A stretch of 64,000 bases of DNA, taken from Octopus sinensis (taxonomy: Eukaryota). The DNA lies in NCBI RefSeq assembly GCF_006345805.1, contig NC_043005.1:13454001-13518000 (forward strand), given 5' to 3'. Positions 1 to 12,345 of the stretch are shown here, piece after piece; within the stretch, counting starts at the first letter, position 1, and each line of letters begins with the position of its first letter. The translations under genes were made by a program, and so were the position numbers. The notes below the pieces were generated by a model. It saw nothing but the letters and a program-made list of their open reading frames with translations. It searched no databases and was not told where the DNA came from.

Positions 1-662
1 TTGGTCCAAGGTGTCCAGGTTTTATGAGGATGACATGCTATACAAGTTTAGAAAAGAACTGAGGTTTATGTCATCTACGTGTTGAAATAATATACATATG
101 GTTAATATGTTAACATAATATGGTTATATATTCCCTTATATATACGGAGTTCTCTTATGTATAAAGTGCTGAAATAATATATAATATTTGTTTAATATAA
201 CAACATAATATAATAATAAATATATTTATATTCTCGTGAATATATAGCATTCTCTCGTGTATAATACAGTAGTGAAATAATATACATACACTCTAAACTT
301 GTGTTAATATAAATTTATCTATAATACAATTCTAGGATGATATGAGATATTACTTTTTCACTATCGTTTACCATAATAACAATGCTGTATTGACTGACTA
401 TATCTATTAGTGTATTCATGAAATTAAATCTCCTTCAAGTTTTGAACTTATGAATTTTATAGATAAATGGAATACGTAAAAGGAATAATTTTGCTATCTG
501 TATTTATTTATAGATTATTTGTTGACGATTCTGCTTCAGAATGATAAAAAAAAAAACGAATTTGTTTGGATGTCATATATCTTATCTCACAAAATATAAT
601 TATATATACAAACACACGTACGTACATGCACACACATATGCATATCCTCTCCCCTCTCTCTC

Positions 663-695
<33 letters not shown>

Positions 696-1849
696 TACAC
701 ACATACATATATACACGTATACATATATACACATAAACTTACATTCACACACAGACATATACACACAAACATACATACATATACACACGCACGTCCTCAT
801 ACACACACAACCGTTACTCAGAATCGATGATAACCGCTAATTGCTTTAAATACCTATGTAGCTGCGACCAGACAAAGTCATTCGATCGACCCTCCTGTCT
901 TCACCCTGCGACTTATCCACGATGCGACAACAGCACGATGCGACGGCTGGTCTGTATATGTTTGTGGAGGGTGGTGGTAACAGTTACACTGCAGAGGAGC
1001 CTCTTTCGGCATTCTCAACGCGCAAAACTATCAAAACCGCCATCTGATCACTGGCATGCCAACTGTTTCTACAAGCTGCAATGGTGTCCGTGAGCAGGTT
1101 ATGAGCATGATTGTCTGCATGTGTGTGTGTAAGTGTGTGGTGTGTGTGTGTGTGTGTGTGTAAGTGTGCGTGTGTATGAGTGTGTGAGAGAGTGCACGTA
1201 TGTGTGTGCATGCGGCACTTGTACGTGTGTTTGTCTACACTGTGTGTATGTATGTATGTATATATATATATATGTATATGTATACAAATATACACACACA
1301 CACGCACACACATGTACATAAATACATGCATACTTACTTACATACATACATACATACATATGTCTATACTTCTCCTTTTCTACTGAAGAAGGACGAACTT
1401 ACGAAACGTTAACTCACTTCCTCTTTCCATTAAGGCACTAAGCTAACACATGTGGTCTTTTATTGTTCGTTATATTTACACCATATTTACAATATAAAAA
1501 AGGCTTTCAACACATATACTCTTTCAGTACACATACAGATTGCTAATTTTGAACTTATGCTGCTCCCATCACCAATAATGAATTGCTTCTCAGCCTACCG
1601 GCTAAATGCGACATCGGTGACTTTTCAATTATTGCTTAACTATAGCAGCAATTTCATCAGCCAATACTGGCTGCCCTTCAGCAGTTGCTGATATTTTAAT
1701 GTGTTTTTAACAATGTACGTCTACGAAGATACTTTCTCAAGATGGATACCACAGTTTCAACATTTACAGCATTTACACACTTTAAGTATTCATACGGATT
1801 ACTAATTTTTGAACTAATATTTCCTCTGTCACTAATAATGAATGAAGAA

Positions 1850-1917
<68 letters not shown>

Positions 1918-1942
1918 GTAAATGTAATATGTGACAATTATT

Positions 1943-2022
1943 CGATAGCCATGATAAAACTCCGAGTTTCGGATGCTGGGGTAGAAATCCACGCCGCCAT
2001 CTCTTCAGTTATCCGGCCATCG
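1943..2022 (-). ncRNA. Type I hammerhead ribozyme motif within a probable Penelope-like terminal fragment (about 1915-2285)
   Basis: Minus strand CGATGGCC-G-GATAA CTGAAGA [stem II] GAAA CTCGGAG TT TTATC-AT-GGCTATCG: intact core boxes, stem I of 5+8 bp, palindromic stem III. Confidence 0.75.
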
Positions 2023-2284
2023 GAAAAAATGCTATGAAAATGACCGTAAAACAAAGGGAAATTACTGTGTGATTGACCGTTATTAAGACAAAAGAGCTAT
2101 TTGAATGACTACTAAGTGAGGGGAGGGAGTTAAAAGTAAGGGGGTAAAAAAGTTCATAGTATTCGCGTAAGCGCGCATGTACATACCTACACATGCGCGC
2201 CCGCACACCCACGTACATGCGCCTGAAAGTATACACTCATCCATCCTCACTTGAAACGTACACATTCTCACCTGCACCATTCGC

Positions 2285-2322
<38 letters not shown>

Positions 2323-2516
2323 CCCACATACGTCCTTGTAACTTAGTGGATCAGCATAAGAGACTGATAGAATAAGTATTGGGCTTTAAAAAAAATAAAT
2401 CCTGGGGTCGATTAGTTTGACTGAAACCCTCACAAGGCAGTGCTCCAACTTGGCTGCAGTCAAATGACTGAAGCAAGTAAAAGAATACAAAAATATATAT
2501 ATGTGTGCATATATAC

Positions 2517-2575
<59 letters not shown>

Positions 2576-2675
2576 TATATGTATGTATGTGTGTATATAT
2601 ATATATGTGTATGTATATATGTATATATATGTATGCATGTATACACACACACACACACATATTCATATTATATAT

Positions 2676-2710
<35 letters not shown>

Positions 2711-3599
2711 TTTAAAGTACAATTAATAAGTCTTTTTATGCATAACAGAATATAAATAGATCATTTTACTGTCTTCGCATCTTCTCCTTCAAAGAAATAG
2801 AATAGATTTGCCTTGACATATTTTACGTTCATGGTTATACCAGTCATTTATCTGCCTTCAAAGAAACAACTGTAGAGCAAGTTCACTATTTAAATCAGTT
2901 ACAAACTAAAACTCAGCTGTAATGGCCTAGCTAATTTTTACTTTGTACATTCGTTAAGTGGTGCTACTGAATAATTATCAAATGTTTTGGCACAGCAAAT
3001 CTTGTATTAAACAATTTGGCATAATTTTATCTCAGGTTTCACACACGTTGTCCAATACACGCTGTGCTGAACATAATTACTATTCATATGTGGCACCTAC
3101 ACGTACATATATACAAGCTTTCCATAGTGTCTCTCACTATCGCAGTATAGTATACATGCAAATTGCTTATTGTGTTCTTATTTGAACTTATAGTACCCAG
3201 AGCTATACTGGGCATATTTTACACACACACACACACACATACACACACAGAGGCACGCATGCACACAAACACATACACACACACACATGCACATGTGTAT
3301 TTGTGTGTGTGTATTTAAGTGTGTGTGTGTATGTGTATTTATGTGTGTGTGTAATACATAACCGGCTGTTGACTTATACCTAGTGGTTAGCTGCCATTGA
3401 CTACAATTGGCATAGTATCCTCATCTCTCTCTCTCTCTCTCTCTCTCTTCCTCTTTCTCTCTCTCTCTCTTCCTCTTTCACTCTTTCTCTCTCTCTCTCT
3501 TTATTTACTTCTATTTCTTCCTCACATGTTCACTCAGATATCCATCTGTAATCCAGTCAGTTCTGTGGCCTACACCTCAGCACACATTTATACACACAC

Positions 3600-3880
3600 A
3601 TTCTCTCTCACTCCTCCACTCACTCTCACTCAATCACTCACTCACTCACTCACTCACTCACTCACTCACTCATTCACACACTCACTGACTCACCCACTCA
3701 CTCACTCACTCACCCACTCACTCACTCACTCACCCACTCACTCACTCACTCACTCACTCATTCACTCACTCACTCATTCACTCACTCAATCACTCACTCA
3801 CTCACTCAATCACTCATTCAATCACTCACTCACTCACTCACTCACTCACTCACTCACACACTCACTCACTCACTCACTCT
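3600..3880. repeat. (ACTC)n microsatellite within a CT-rich tract (3420-4050)
   Basis: Direct reading. Confidence 0.95.
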
Positions 3881-4121
3881 TTCTCTCTCTCTCTCACCCT
3901 ATCACTTTCTTTCTCCCACCTTCCCCCTCTCTCTCTATCACCCTATCACTTTCTTTCCCTTGCCTTCCTTCCTTCCTTCCTTCCCTCTCTCTCTTTCTTT
4001 CTTGTCTGTGTGTCTCCTTCACTCTCTCATTCACCAACTCACTCACTCATTTAAATACTTGGTTGTCCATCATCCATCGTCCGTTCGGCTGTATGGTCTA
4101 CACCCAGTGAATTAATATTAA

Positions 4122-4277
<156 letters not shown>

Positions 4278-4357
4278 TCATTCAATCACATTGTAAACTC
4301 CTTTCAAATCTTCAATCACCCAAATTAAGCCTGGTGATCATGATTCAATGGGTAACC

Positions 4358-4593
4358 TATTTCTCTATTACCCACAAGGGGCTAAGCACAGAGGGGGACA
4401 AACAAGGACAGACATAGGTATTAAGTCGATTACATCGACCCCAGTGCGTAACTGGTACTTAATTTATCGACCCCGAAAGGATGAAAGGCAAAGTCGACCT
4501 CGGCGGAATTTGAACTCACAACGTAACGCAGACGAAATACCGCTAAGCATTTCGCCCGGCGTGCTAACGTTTCTGCCAGCTCGCCACCTTACC
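4358..4593 (-). mobile_element. SINE family B with a 19-bp TSD CATGATTCAATGGGTAACC
   Basis: TSD at 4339-4357 and 4594-4612; core CTTTGCCTTTCATCCTTTCGGGGTCGATAAATTAAGTACCAG. Confidence 0.85.
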
Positions 4594-4949
4594 CATGATT
4601 CAATGGGTAACCATTTAAAAAGTCTAGGCGCTGCAAGCATCTACAAGCCGATGAAGGAGACTCTATGAGGTCACTCATTTTGCCAGAAATAATACCCAAA
4701 TCTCCCTCAAGGCTGCTAAATTTGAGAAGATCTATGGTTATATAGCTTTCAGCCATGACAGCTTTATCTACTTACAAACACAGTGTATGTGAGACTATAT
4801 TATCCAATATATCTGTCTCTTTTTCAAAATAGGAATGATGCAATTTGAAGGAGAGTTGGCTGCTATTTCTAACAGGTTTCTAGCCCCCTAGGAGTTCTTG
4901 CATTGCTTATAATCAAGATTGTTATTGTTACAATTGTTACAAGATTGTT

Positions 4950-5168
4950 AAGGCGGCAAGCTGGCAGAAACGTTAGTACACCGGGCGAAATACTTAGCGG
5001 TATTTCGTCTGAGTTCAGATTCTGCCGAGGCCGACTTTGCCTTTCATCCTTTCGGGGTCGATAAATTAAGTACCAGTTACACACTGGGTTCGATGTAATC
5101 AACTTAATCCCTTTGTCTGTCCTTGTTTGTCCCCTCTGTGTTTAGCCCCTTGTGGGCAATAAACAAAT
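4950..5168 (+). mobile_element. SINE family B, TSD AAGATTGTTA. Further copies at about 6975-7185, 7230-7430, 20198-20612, 26808-27172, 27695-27900, 28017-28520, 41285-41990, 43180-44040, 49625-49850, 58095-58545 and 62820-63050
   Basis: Shared GGCGGCGAGCTGGCAGAAACGTTAGC head, GAGTTCAAATTCC B-box-like motif and conserved core. Confidence 0.85.
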
Positions 5169-5888
5169 AAGATTGTTATTGCTACTGTCTTTTATCCCCC
5201 AAGTCAACTCTATTTACAACAAACGTCTTCAGGGTTCTTAATCATTTCATAATTAGGGCTGCTGTACTAAATGCTGATCCAGCAACTACAGACAGGCCCG
5301 TAAACAGATGCCACTGAGACATCGCACCTGCTGGTTACCATAGGTTAACCACATCAGACATTTTTAATAGACACAAAAACTTCAATAAAGTTAGTTTGAA
5401 AAATAAACCTTACTTCAATGAATCTCTTTATCTGGATGGCCACGCTTGGAAGACATGTATTTATACAGATATAATAATGCCATTGTGAAGGCGTGTGGCT
5501 TAGTGGTTAAGGGTATTTGGCTCACAATCGTAAGGTCATGAGTTCAATTCCCAGCAAGATGTTGTGTCCTTGAGCAAGACACTTTAGTCCACATTGCTCA
5601 GGTCCACTCAGCTGGCAAAAATGAACAGTACCAGTAATTCAAAGGGTCATCCTTGTCACATTCTGTGTTATGCTGAATCTCATTGGGAATTACATTAAGG
5701 GTACATGTGTCTGTGGAATACTCAGCCACATACATGTTAATTTCACAAGCAGGCTGTTCCATTGATCGGATCAAGTGGAACCCTCATCATCATAACCAAC
5801 AGAGTGCCAATGATGCCCTTAATGATCACTGGCAACCTCTAAATAAATAAACGAGCTCCCTCAGAAAAACCGTTAATCTTGGTAATTA

Positions 5889-6125
<237 letters not shown>

Positions 6126-6163
6126 CTAAAATAATATGAAACACTGGGTTACAACATATTCGA

Positions 6164-6164
<1 letters not shown>

Positions 6165-6216
<52 letters not shown>

Positions 6217-6530
6217 CGTGTGTGTGTGTGTGCATGAGAGCAAGTGTGTGTGTGTGTGTGCATGAGAGCAAGTGTGTGTGTGCATGAGAGCAAGTGTGTG
6301 TGTGTGTGTGTGCATGAGAGCAAGTGTGTGTGCATGTGTGCATGAGAGCAAGTGTGCATGTGTGTGCATGAGAGCAAGTATGTATGTGTGTGTGTGAACT
6401 CTAGAGACTACCAAGAAGAGGGCGTGATCATTGTAAGACTCGAGACCACTAAGAAGACAGCGTGATCATTGAAGACTTGAAACTACGAACAAGATAGCAC
6501 GATCACTGTAAGACTCGAGACTACCAAGAT
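6165..6530. repeat. (TG)n with a recurring CATGAGAGCAA spacer, then a roughly 37-bp tandem repeat (GACTCGAGACTACCAAGAAGA..CGTGATCATTGTAA, about 3.5 units)
   Basis: Direct reading. Confidence 0.8.
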
Positions 6531-7429
6531 TTGGCTAAAAAGAGACGATGAGCGATGGCTAGAAGTATATTGAGTTCTTCATAACCAGCTGATCTAGCAA
6601 GCGGGGCCTCATATCAGTGAGCATTGATGCCGTCGAGAGGTAGGCCCCGAAACGGCGCGCATTCTCTCCTGATGACCCCATACACTTGCTAGCTTCCGGT
6701 ATACGGAGCTTTTAACTAGTAGCATTTGCATGTGCAAGTTGCTTGCAAGACATAGTGTGATCATTGTTAGCCTTGTTCTCTTAAAATTTAAACTTCAAAG
6801 TGACAATGTGCAGGTTGAGAGGCTGCACATCCATTTCCTTCATAGTTCCAATCTTACACAAACAAAATGGAAAATGAATTAAGATGAAGCAAGATGTTCT
6901 TAAGGTTTCTCCAAGTTGCATCCTACCTGTAGTCCGTTTGATGAATTAGTTAATATATATATATATATAGTTGGTAAAATGGCAAGCTGGCAGAAACATT
7001 AGCACACTGGGCGAAATGCTTAGCAGTATTTACGTTCTGAGTTCAAATTCCGCCAAGGTCAACTTTGCCTTTCATCCTTTCAGGGTTGATAAATCAAGTA
7101 CCAGTTGCATACTGGTGTCGATCTAATCAACTAGCACCCACCTCCCCAAAGATTTCGGGCCTTGTTCCTAGAGTAGAAAAGAATATATATAATTGGTGTA
7201 TTCTAAGAGTAACGTAACTTATTGGTTCCACATTTTGGCACAAGACCAGCAATTTCAAGGAATGGGTTAAGTTAATTACATCAACCCCAGGGATCCACTG
7301 GTACTTATTTTATTGATGCCAGAAGAATGAAAGGTAAAGTCAACCTTGACAAAATTTGAACTCAGAACGTAAAGCCAAACAAAATGCCACTAAGCACTTT
7401 GCCCAACCTACTAACAATTCTGCCAGCTC

Positions 7430-7517
7430 ACTCATCATCATCATCATCATCACCATCACCACCATCATCACCACCACCACCACCACCACCACCACCACTA
7501 CCATCATCATCACCATC

Positions 7518-7548
<31 letters not shown>

Positions 7549-7892
7549 CCATCACCACCATCATCACCACCACCACCACCACCACCACTACCACCACTAC
7601 CATCATCATCACCATCATCATCGCCATCATCATCATCACCATCACCACCACTACTACTGCCACCACCACCACCACTACCATCATCCTCACCATCATCATC
7701 GCCATCATCATCGCCATCATAATCATCATCATCATCATTGCCATCATCATCATCATTATAACCATCGCCACCATCACCACCACCACCATCACCATCATCA
7801 TCATCGCCATCATAATCATCACCATCATCATCATCATCATAACCATCACCACCACCACCACAACCACCACCATCATCCCCATCGTCATCATT
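7430..7892. repeat. (CAT/CAC)n trinucleotide array
   Basis: Direct reading; explains the poly-I/T, poly-S/P and poly-M/V ORFs. Confidence 0.95.
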
Positions 7893-7960
7893 TAACGTCC
7901 GCCTTCCATACCGGCATGGTTGAAAAAAAAGTAAAGTAGCTTAATTAATAACATACTTAC

Positions 7961-8138
7961 TCGTAAACATCTTAAAAATTCATCAAAGTCAATTATTTGA
8001 TTTCCATCCTGATCAAAACTTTGAAACAGTGACTTCACTTCGTTGATCTCCATGACAATACCGTAGTCGTGGATACCTTTCTTGAACTCGCTGAAGTCTA
8101 TCTTATGATTCGCATCATCATCAATGATCCGGAACATT
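7961..8138 (-). CDS. CAPSL: Calcyphosin-like protein, coding exon 2 (EF-hands 1-2: MFRIIDDDANHKIDFSEF...FDQDGNQIIDFDEFLRCLR)
   Basis: Two EF-hand loops. Acceptor ttcacag|A completes AGA with the phase-2 end of exon 1; donor GTAAGT at 7960; 178 nt keeps the frame. Confidence 0.96.
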
Positions 8139-8318
8139 CTGTGAATAACATAAGAAAAGGCAATTAGTTTTAATGGGGTGAATGTACAGACCTATCATCA
8201 AAGATATGCCAGCCATGACCATCACATCTTTTTCCATCAGTGTATATAGAACTTCATGATATATACATACATGAATACACACATGCATATGTGTATATGT
8301 AAGTATATATGTATGTAA

Positions 8319-8362
<44 letters not shown>

Positions 8363-8363
8363 A

Positions 8364-8899
8364 CAGGGTGTCCCCAAAAAATGTATACACTTGCTGCAAC
8401 AGTCTGTCATGCCAAGCATTAGAGAGGACTTAGAACAGGAAGAGTTTTATTTCCAGCAAGATGGGGCAACTCCACACTACCATCGCGATGTTAGATCCTT
8501 TCTTGATGGGATCTTGCCAAACAGGTGGATTGGACGGAGAGGTTTTGTCGAATACCCTCCACGTTCACCAGACCTCACACCACTAGACTTCTTTTTATGG
8601 GGATACCTAAAGGACAAAGTCTATGCAGAGAAACCTGCAACAGTCATTCAATTGAGGGCAACCATTGAACATGAATGTACGAATATCCCAAGGGAATTGT
8701 TCCATGATGTGTGCCATTCCATCGCTTCGCGTTGTCAGCAGTGTCTGGAGCAGAACGGGCATCAGTTTGAGAACATGCAATAACAAGACAATAGAATGAT
8801 ATTTGTAAATTCTTTTACATGTTGAAAATTATTCGAATTATAATAAACCCCAAATTTACAATTATTTAAGGTGTGTATACATTTTTTTGGGACACCCTG
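8364..8899 (+). mobile_element. Internally deleted Tc1/mariner element, DD41D type, retaining the transposase C-terminus (ORF 8391-8783)
   Basis: 27-bp TIRs CAGGGTGTCCCCAAAAAATGTATACAC (one mismatch), TA on both sides; QQDGA...SPDLTPLD with 41 residues between the two aspartates. Confidence 0.92.
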
Positions 8900-9125
8900 T
8901 ATATATTCTTTTACTTGTTTCAGTCATTTGACTGTGGCGATGCTGGAGCACCGCATTTAGTCGAGCAAATCAACCCCAGAACTTATTCTTTGTAAGCCTA
9001 GTACTTATTCTATCAGATCTCTTTTGCCGACCATCATATCCTTTCCCATCAGTGTATATAGAACTACATGATACATACATACATGAATACACACATGCAT
9101 ATATGTACATATATGCATGTATGTA

Positions 9126-9161
<36 letters not shown>

Positions 9162-9726
9162 TGTATGTATGTATGCATGTATGTATGCATATATGTGCAT
9201 ATGTTTAGATGTTGTTGTTTAGCCCAAAGTCAACTTGAGATGCAGCACACTTTGTGATTAAGGATGTTCCGACTGTCACTCTCATTTTTGTTTTTCATAA
9301 TGTGTGTCTAAGATAAAATAATGTAAATAAAATATATAAGCATGACTCTATGGTAAGAAGCTTGCTTCCCAACCACATGATCCTGGGTTCAGTTCCACTG
9401 CATGACACATTGGGCCAATGTCTTCTACTATAGTCTCTTTTGCCGCCGAACAGCTAAGCTGTCAAGCAATGTTGGGGGGATAAACACTGACACACAAAAC
9501 AACACAACACACACACACAACACACATATACATATATACGATGGGCTTCTTTCAGTTTCCGTCTACCAAATCCACTCACAAGGCTTTGGTTGGCCCGAGG
9601 CTATAGTAGAAGATATTTGCCCAAGGTGCCATGCAGTGGGAATGAACCCGGAACCATGTGGTTGGTAAGCAAGCTACTTAACACACGGCCACTCCTACAT
9701 TAAACAACGATGAGGAGGAGGAAGAG

Positions 9727-9941
9727 AGAGTGCTAAAAAGTTCCTGGCTTTGAGTAAAAGGAAGTACAGGAGGATGAATTAACTATGATTTTATTCAACA
9801 TATTCCCCTCTCAGACTCACACGTTTATTGCAGCAGTCCTTCAGTCTGTCTAAGCTCTTTAAAAGAAGTCAGAAGGTTGGACCTCCAGCCAGGCCTTTTG
9901 TGATACCCTTAAAGCCAGGAAGTTTTCAGCACCCCCTTGTA
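9727..9941. mobile_element. Mariner-type MITE
   Basis: Imperfect TIRs GTGCT(A/G)AAAA(G/C)TTCCTGGCTTT; right end ...CCCCCTTGTA; left end eroded. Confidence 0.55.
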
Positions 9942-10642
9942 TTTACATAAGAACATGCATACATGTCATCTGAATATAAATAGGAAATGCTTCCATAACT
10001 GCAGATTAAACTAAAGTCTTGACAAAGACATTGTCATCCCAACATCCTGTTTACACTATCCTAAACCAAGGGAGGCTTACTTTGCAGCCTGTGTGTGGGG
10101 GAAAAATGCTATATATAGGAAATAAAGCTTAGTTCGAAGACTGACAGACATGGTATTATCTCTTGAGGAGAGGTGAGGTGGAGGGAACAGGTTAAAGAAA
10201 ATAACAGAGAAAGTTAACTTAATGAAGAAAACAAATGAAGAAAGTAGAAAGAGGAAGAAAGAAAGGAAGAAAGCTAAATTAAATGACCAATGGAAGGCGT
10301 GTACTGGTTGGAGTGCTGCAGAATGAAATAACAATGTTGTTATTACCAACACTTGATTATCTTCTCCCTGAACAATTCTGATACCAGCCAATACAACACT
10401 TGACAATCTTTTTTTTGTGTGTGTGTGTGTGTGTGTGGTGTGTGTGTGTGTGTTGTGTGGACGTGTGAGAAGGAGAAAGAAGATGTGGTACTTAAGCCAT
10501 AAAAGAAACTTCTGTGTGGTTGTGGGGGAACAAATGAAGTTGCTAAAAATAGCAGTCAAATGCCATTTAACTTGAGCACCTAGTGAAATAGTAAAATAAA
10601 ATAACTTCCTCTCCATGGAGATAAAATGAATATGTAAATATG

Positions 10643-10687
<45 letters not shown>

Positions 10688-10756
10688 ATATATATGTATA
10701 TATGTCTATCTATCTGTATATATATATATATATATTTGTATATTTAGCTATCTCTT

Positions 10757-10788
<32 letters not shown>

Positions 10789-11002
10789 CATATATGTATA
10801 TATATTATATATGCATACATAAATACACAGATACATATAAACACACACATACATATATATGATTATGTAAATATATATATATATATATACATATATATAT
10901 GTGTGTGCACACACACACCTGTTTCTATATATATACACTATATACACATATATATAAGCACATATACATATACATGCACATAAACATGCATACCTGTACA
11001 CT

Positions 11003-11033
<31 letters not shown>

Positions 11034-11825
11034 CACACACACACACACACACACAGCAAAGATTTCTGACAGTCAGAGAATCAATCAATAGGAACATTTT
11101 TGCTAGCACTAGGAGATATAAATAAATGACTGGATGGAAGTTCAATCAAGTCTCCTTCACCAAACTATTTCGGACACCAATGCCCCACCAATCCTCCCGT
11201 CACACCCATGCCCGATTTGATCTCATTGTCTCATGTTATTCAACGACTCTGGTCTGTTTGACAATGGCGGTTTTAATGTGGCTAGTCCATTATAGACACA
11301 GTTACAAAGGGTAACACAACTAATTAACTATTTAAACCATCTTACTAATGAGTTAATGGCTTTTGTCAGTTGTCAGTAAAACTTCACACCGAACAAGAAA
11401 AAGAATGGCAATTAAACAAAGGATTATTTTTTTATCTTAATTGACCTGTTAGAAAAAGTAGCTAAATTTTCCTCATATCCTACCACAGCTTTGTACAAAA
11501 TGGTAAAAAAAAAATACCTTAGATATCATCATCATCGTCACCTTCTGGACATTACAGTTCTGACTCTTAGAACTGGAGGTGCCAGTTATCTAGTTTCCAA
11601 GGTATGTAAATGACTGCAATCATAATAGATGCCACTCTGTGCAGAGAGTTGCTCACTTACTGGAGTGGAGCGATGTGAAATGAAGTGTCTTGCTCAAGAA
11701 CACAATGCACTGCCCAGTCCAAGAATGGAAACCATGACCCGGTAATTATGAGTAATAATAATAATAATAACAATAACGTTGAAAAATACCACAGGAATGA
11801 GAACCCAGGTTCGAAATTTTCCCAC

Positions 11826-11871
11826 GACACCTGAAGAAGGCTGGAGGGTATATCAGCTGAAACGTTGTGTT
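11826..11871 (+). ncRNA. Minimal type I hammerhead-like motif in a roughly 150-bp repeat (about 11772-11920)
   Basis: GACAC CTGAAGA A GGCTG..CAGCT GAAAC GTT GTGTT; stem I GACAC/GTGTT, ACGT palindromic stem III. Confidence 0.6.
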
Positions 11872-12345
11872 AACAACAAATAAGATGAGGACAAATATCC
11901 GTCGAATGTAAATAATGTAAATAATAATGATAATGATGGGTGTTTTTTTGCCACCAGGGCAAAGAATGAGGGGGACAATACAAAGACAGACATAAAGTGT
12001 GGGGGGTTTACATATAATGGAATGATAAAATAAAAAGTATACATGGTACACATTAGAAGGAAAGCATACAGGGTATATGACAGAAGAAAAAAATAAAAAT
12101 AAAAATAATCCTTTCTACTCTAGGGAGAAGGCCTGAAATTTTGGACCACAGATACAAGCACTTTCATACATTAGATTAGTGGTTCACAAAGTGAGCAGTA
12201 CTGCCCCCTTTCGAGGCAGTGGAAAGATCCGGTGGTGGGGGTAGCATTGATGGAAAGTGGGATGATAATGGGGTGACCAAAATGGGGCGATAGATGTAAA
12301 AAAAAAAATTATTAAAGACTCCAGTAAATTCTAAAATAAAATTTA

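Noticed and set aside
508-3400. Many HTHT/YIYI/CVCV/MYVC ORFs here and throughout the window
   Set aside because: They are translations of CA, TA and TATG microsatellites, with no splice or homology support.
7340-7895. 180-aa poly-Ile/Thr, poly-Ser/Pro and poly-Met/Val ORFs
   Set aside because: They are three frames of one CAT/CAC trinucleotide array inside a CAPSL intron.
8391-8783. Host gene or domesticated transposase
   Set aside because: It lacks the N-terminal DNA-binding domain and first catalytic Asp, starts at TTG right after a TIR, and is enclosed by TIRs and TA sites.
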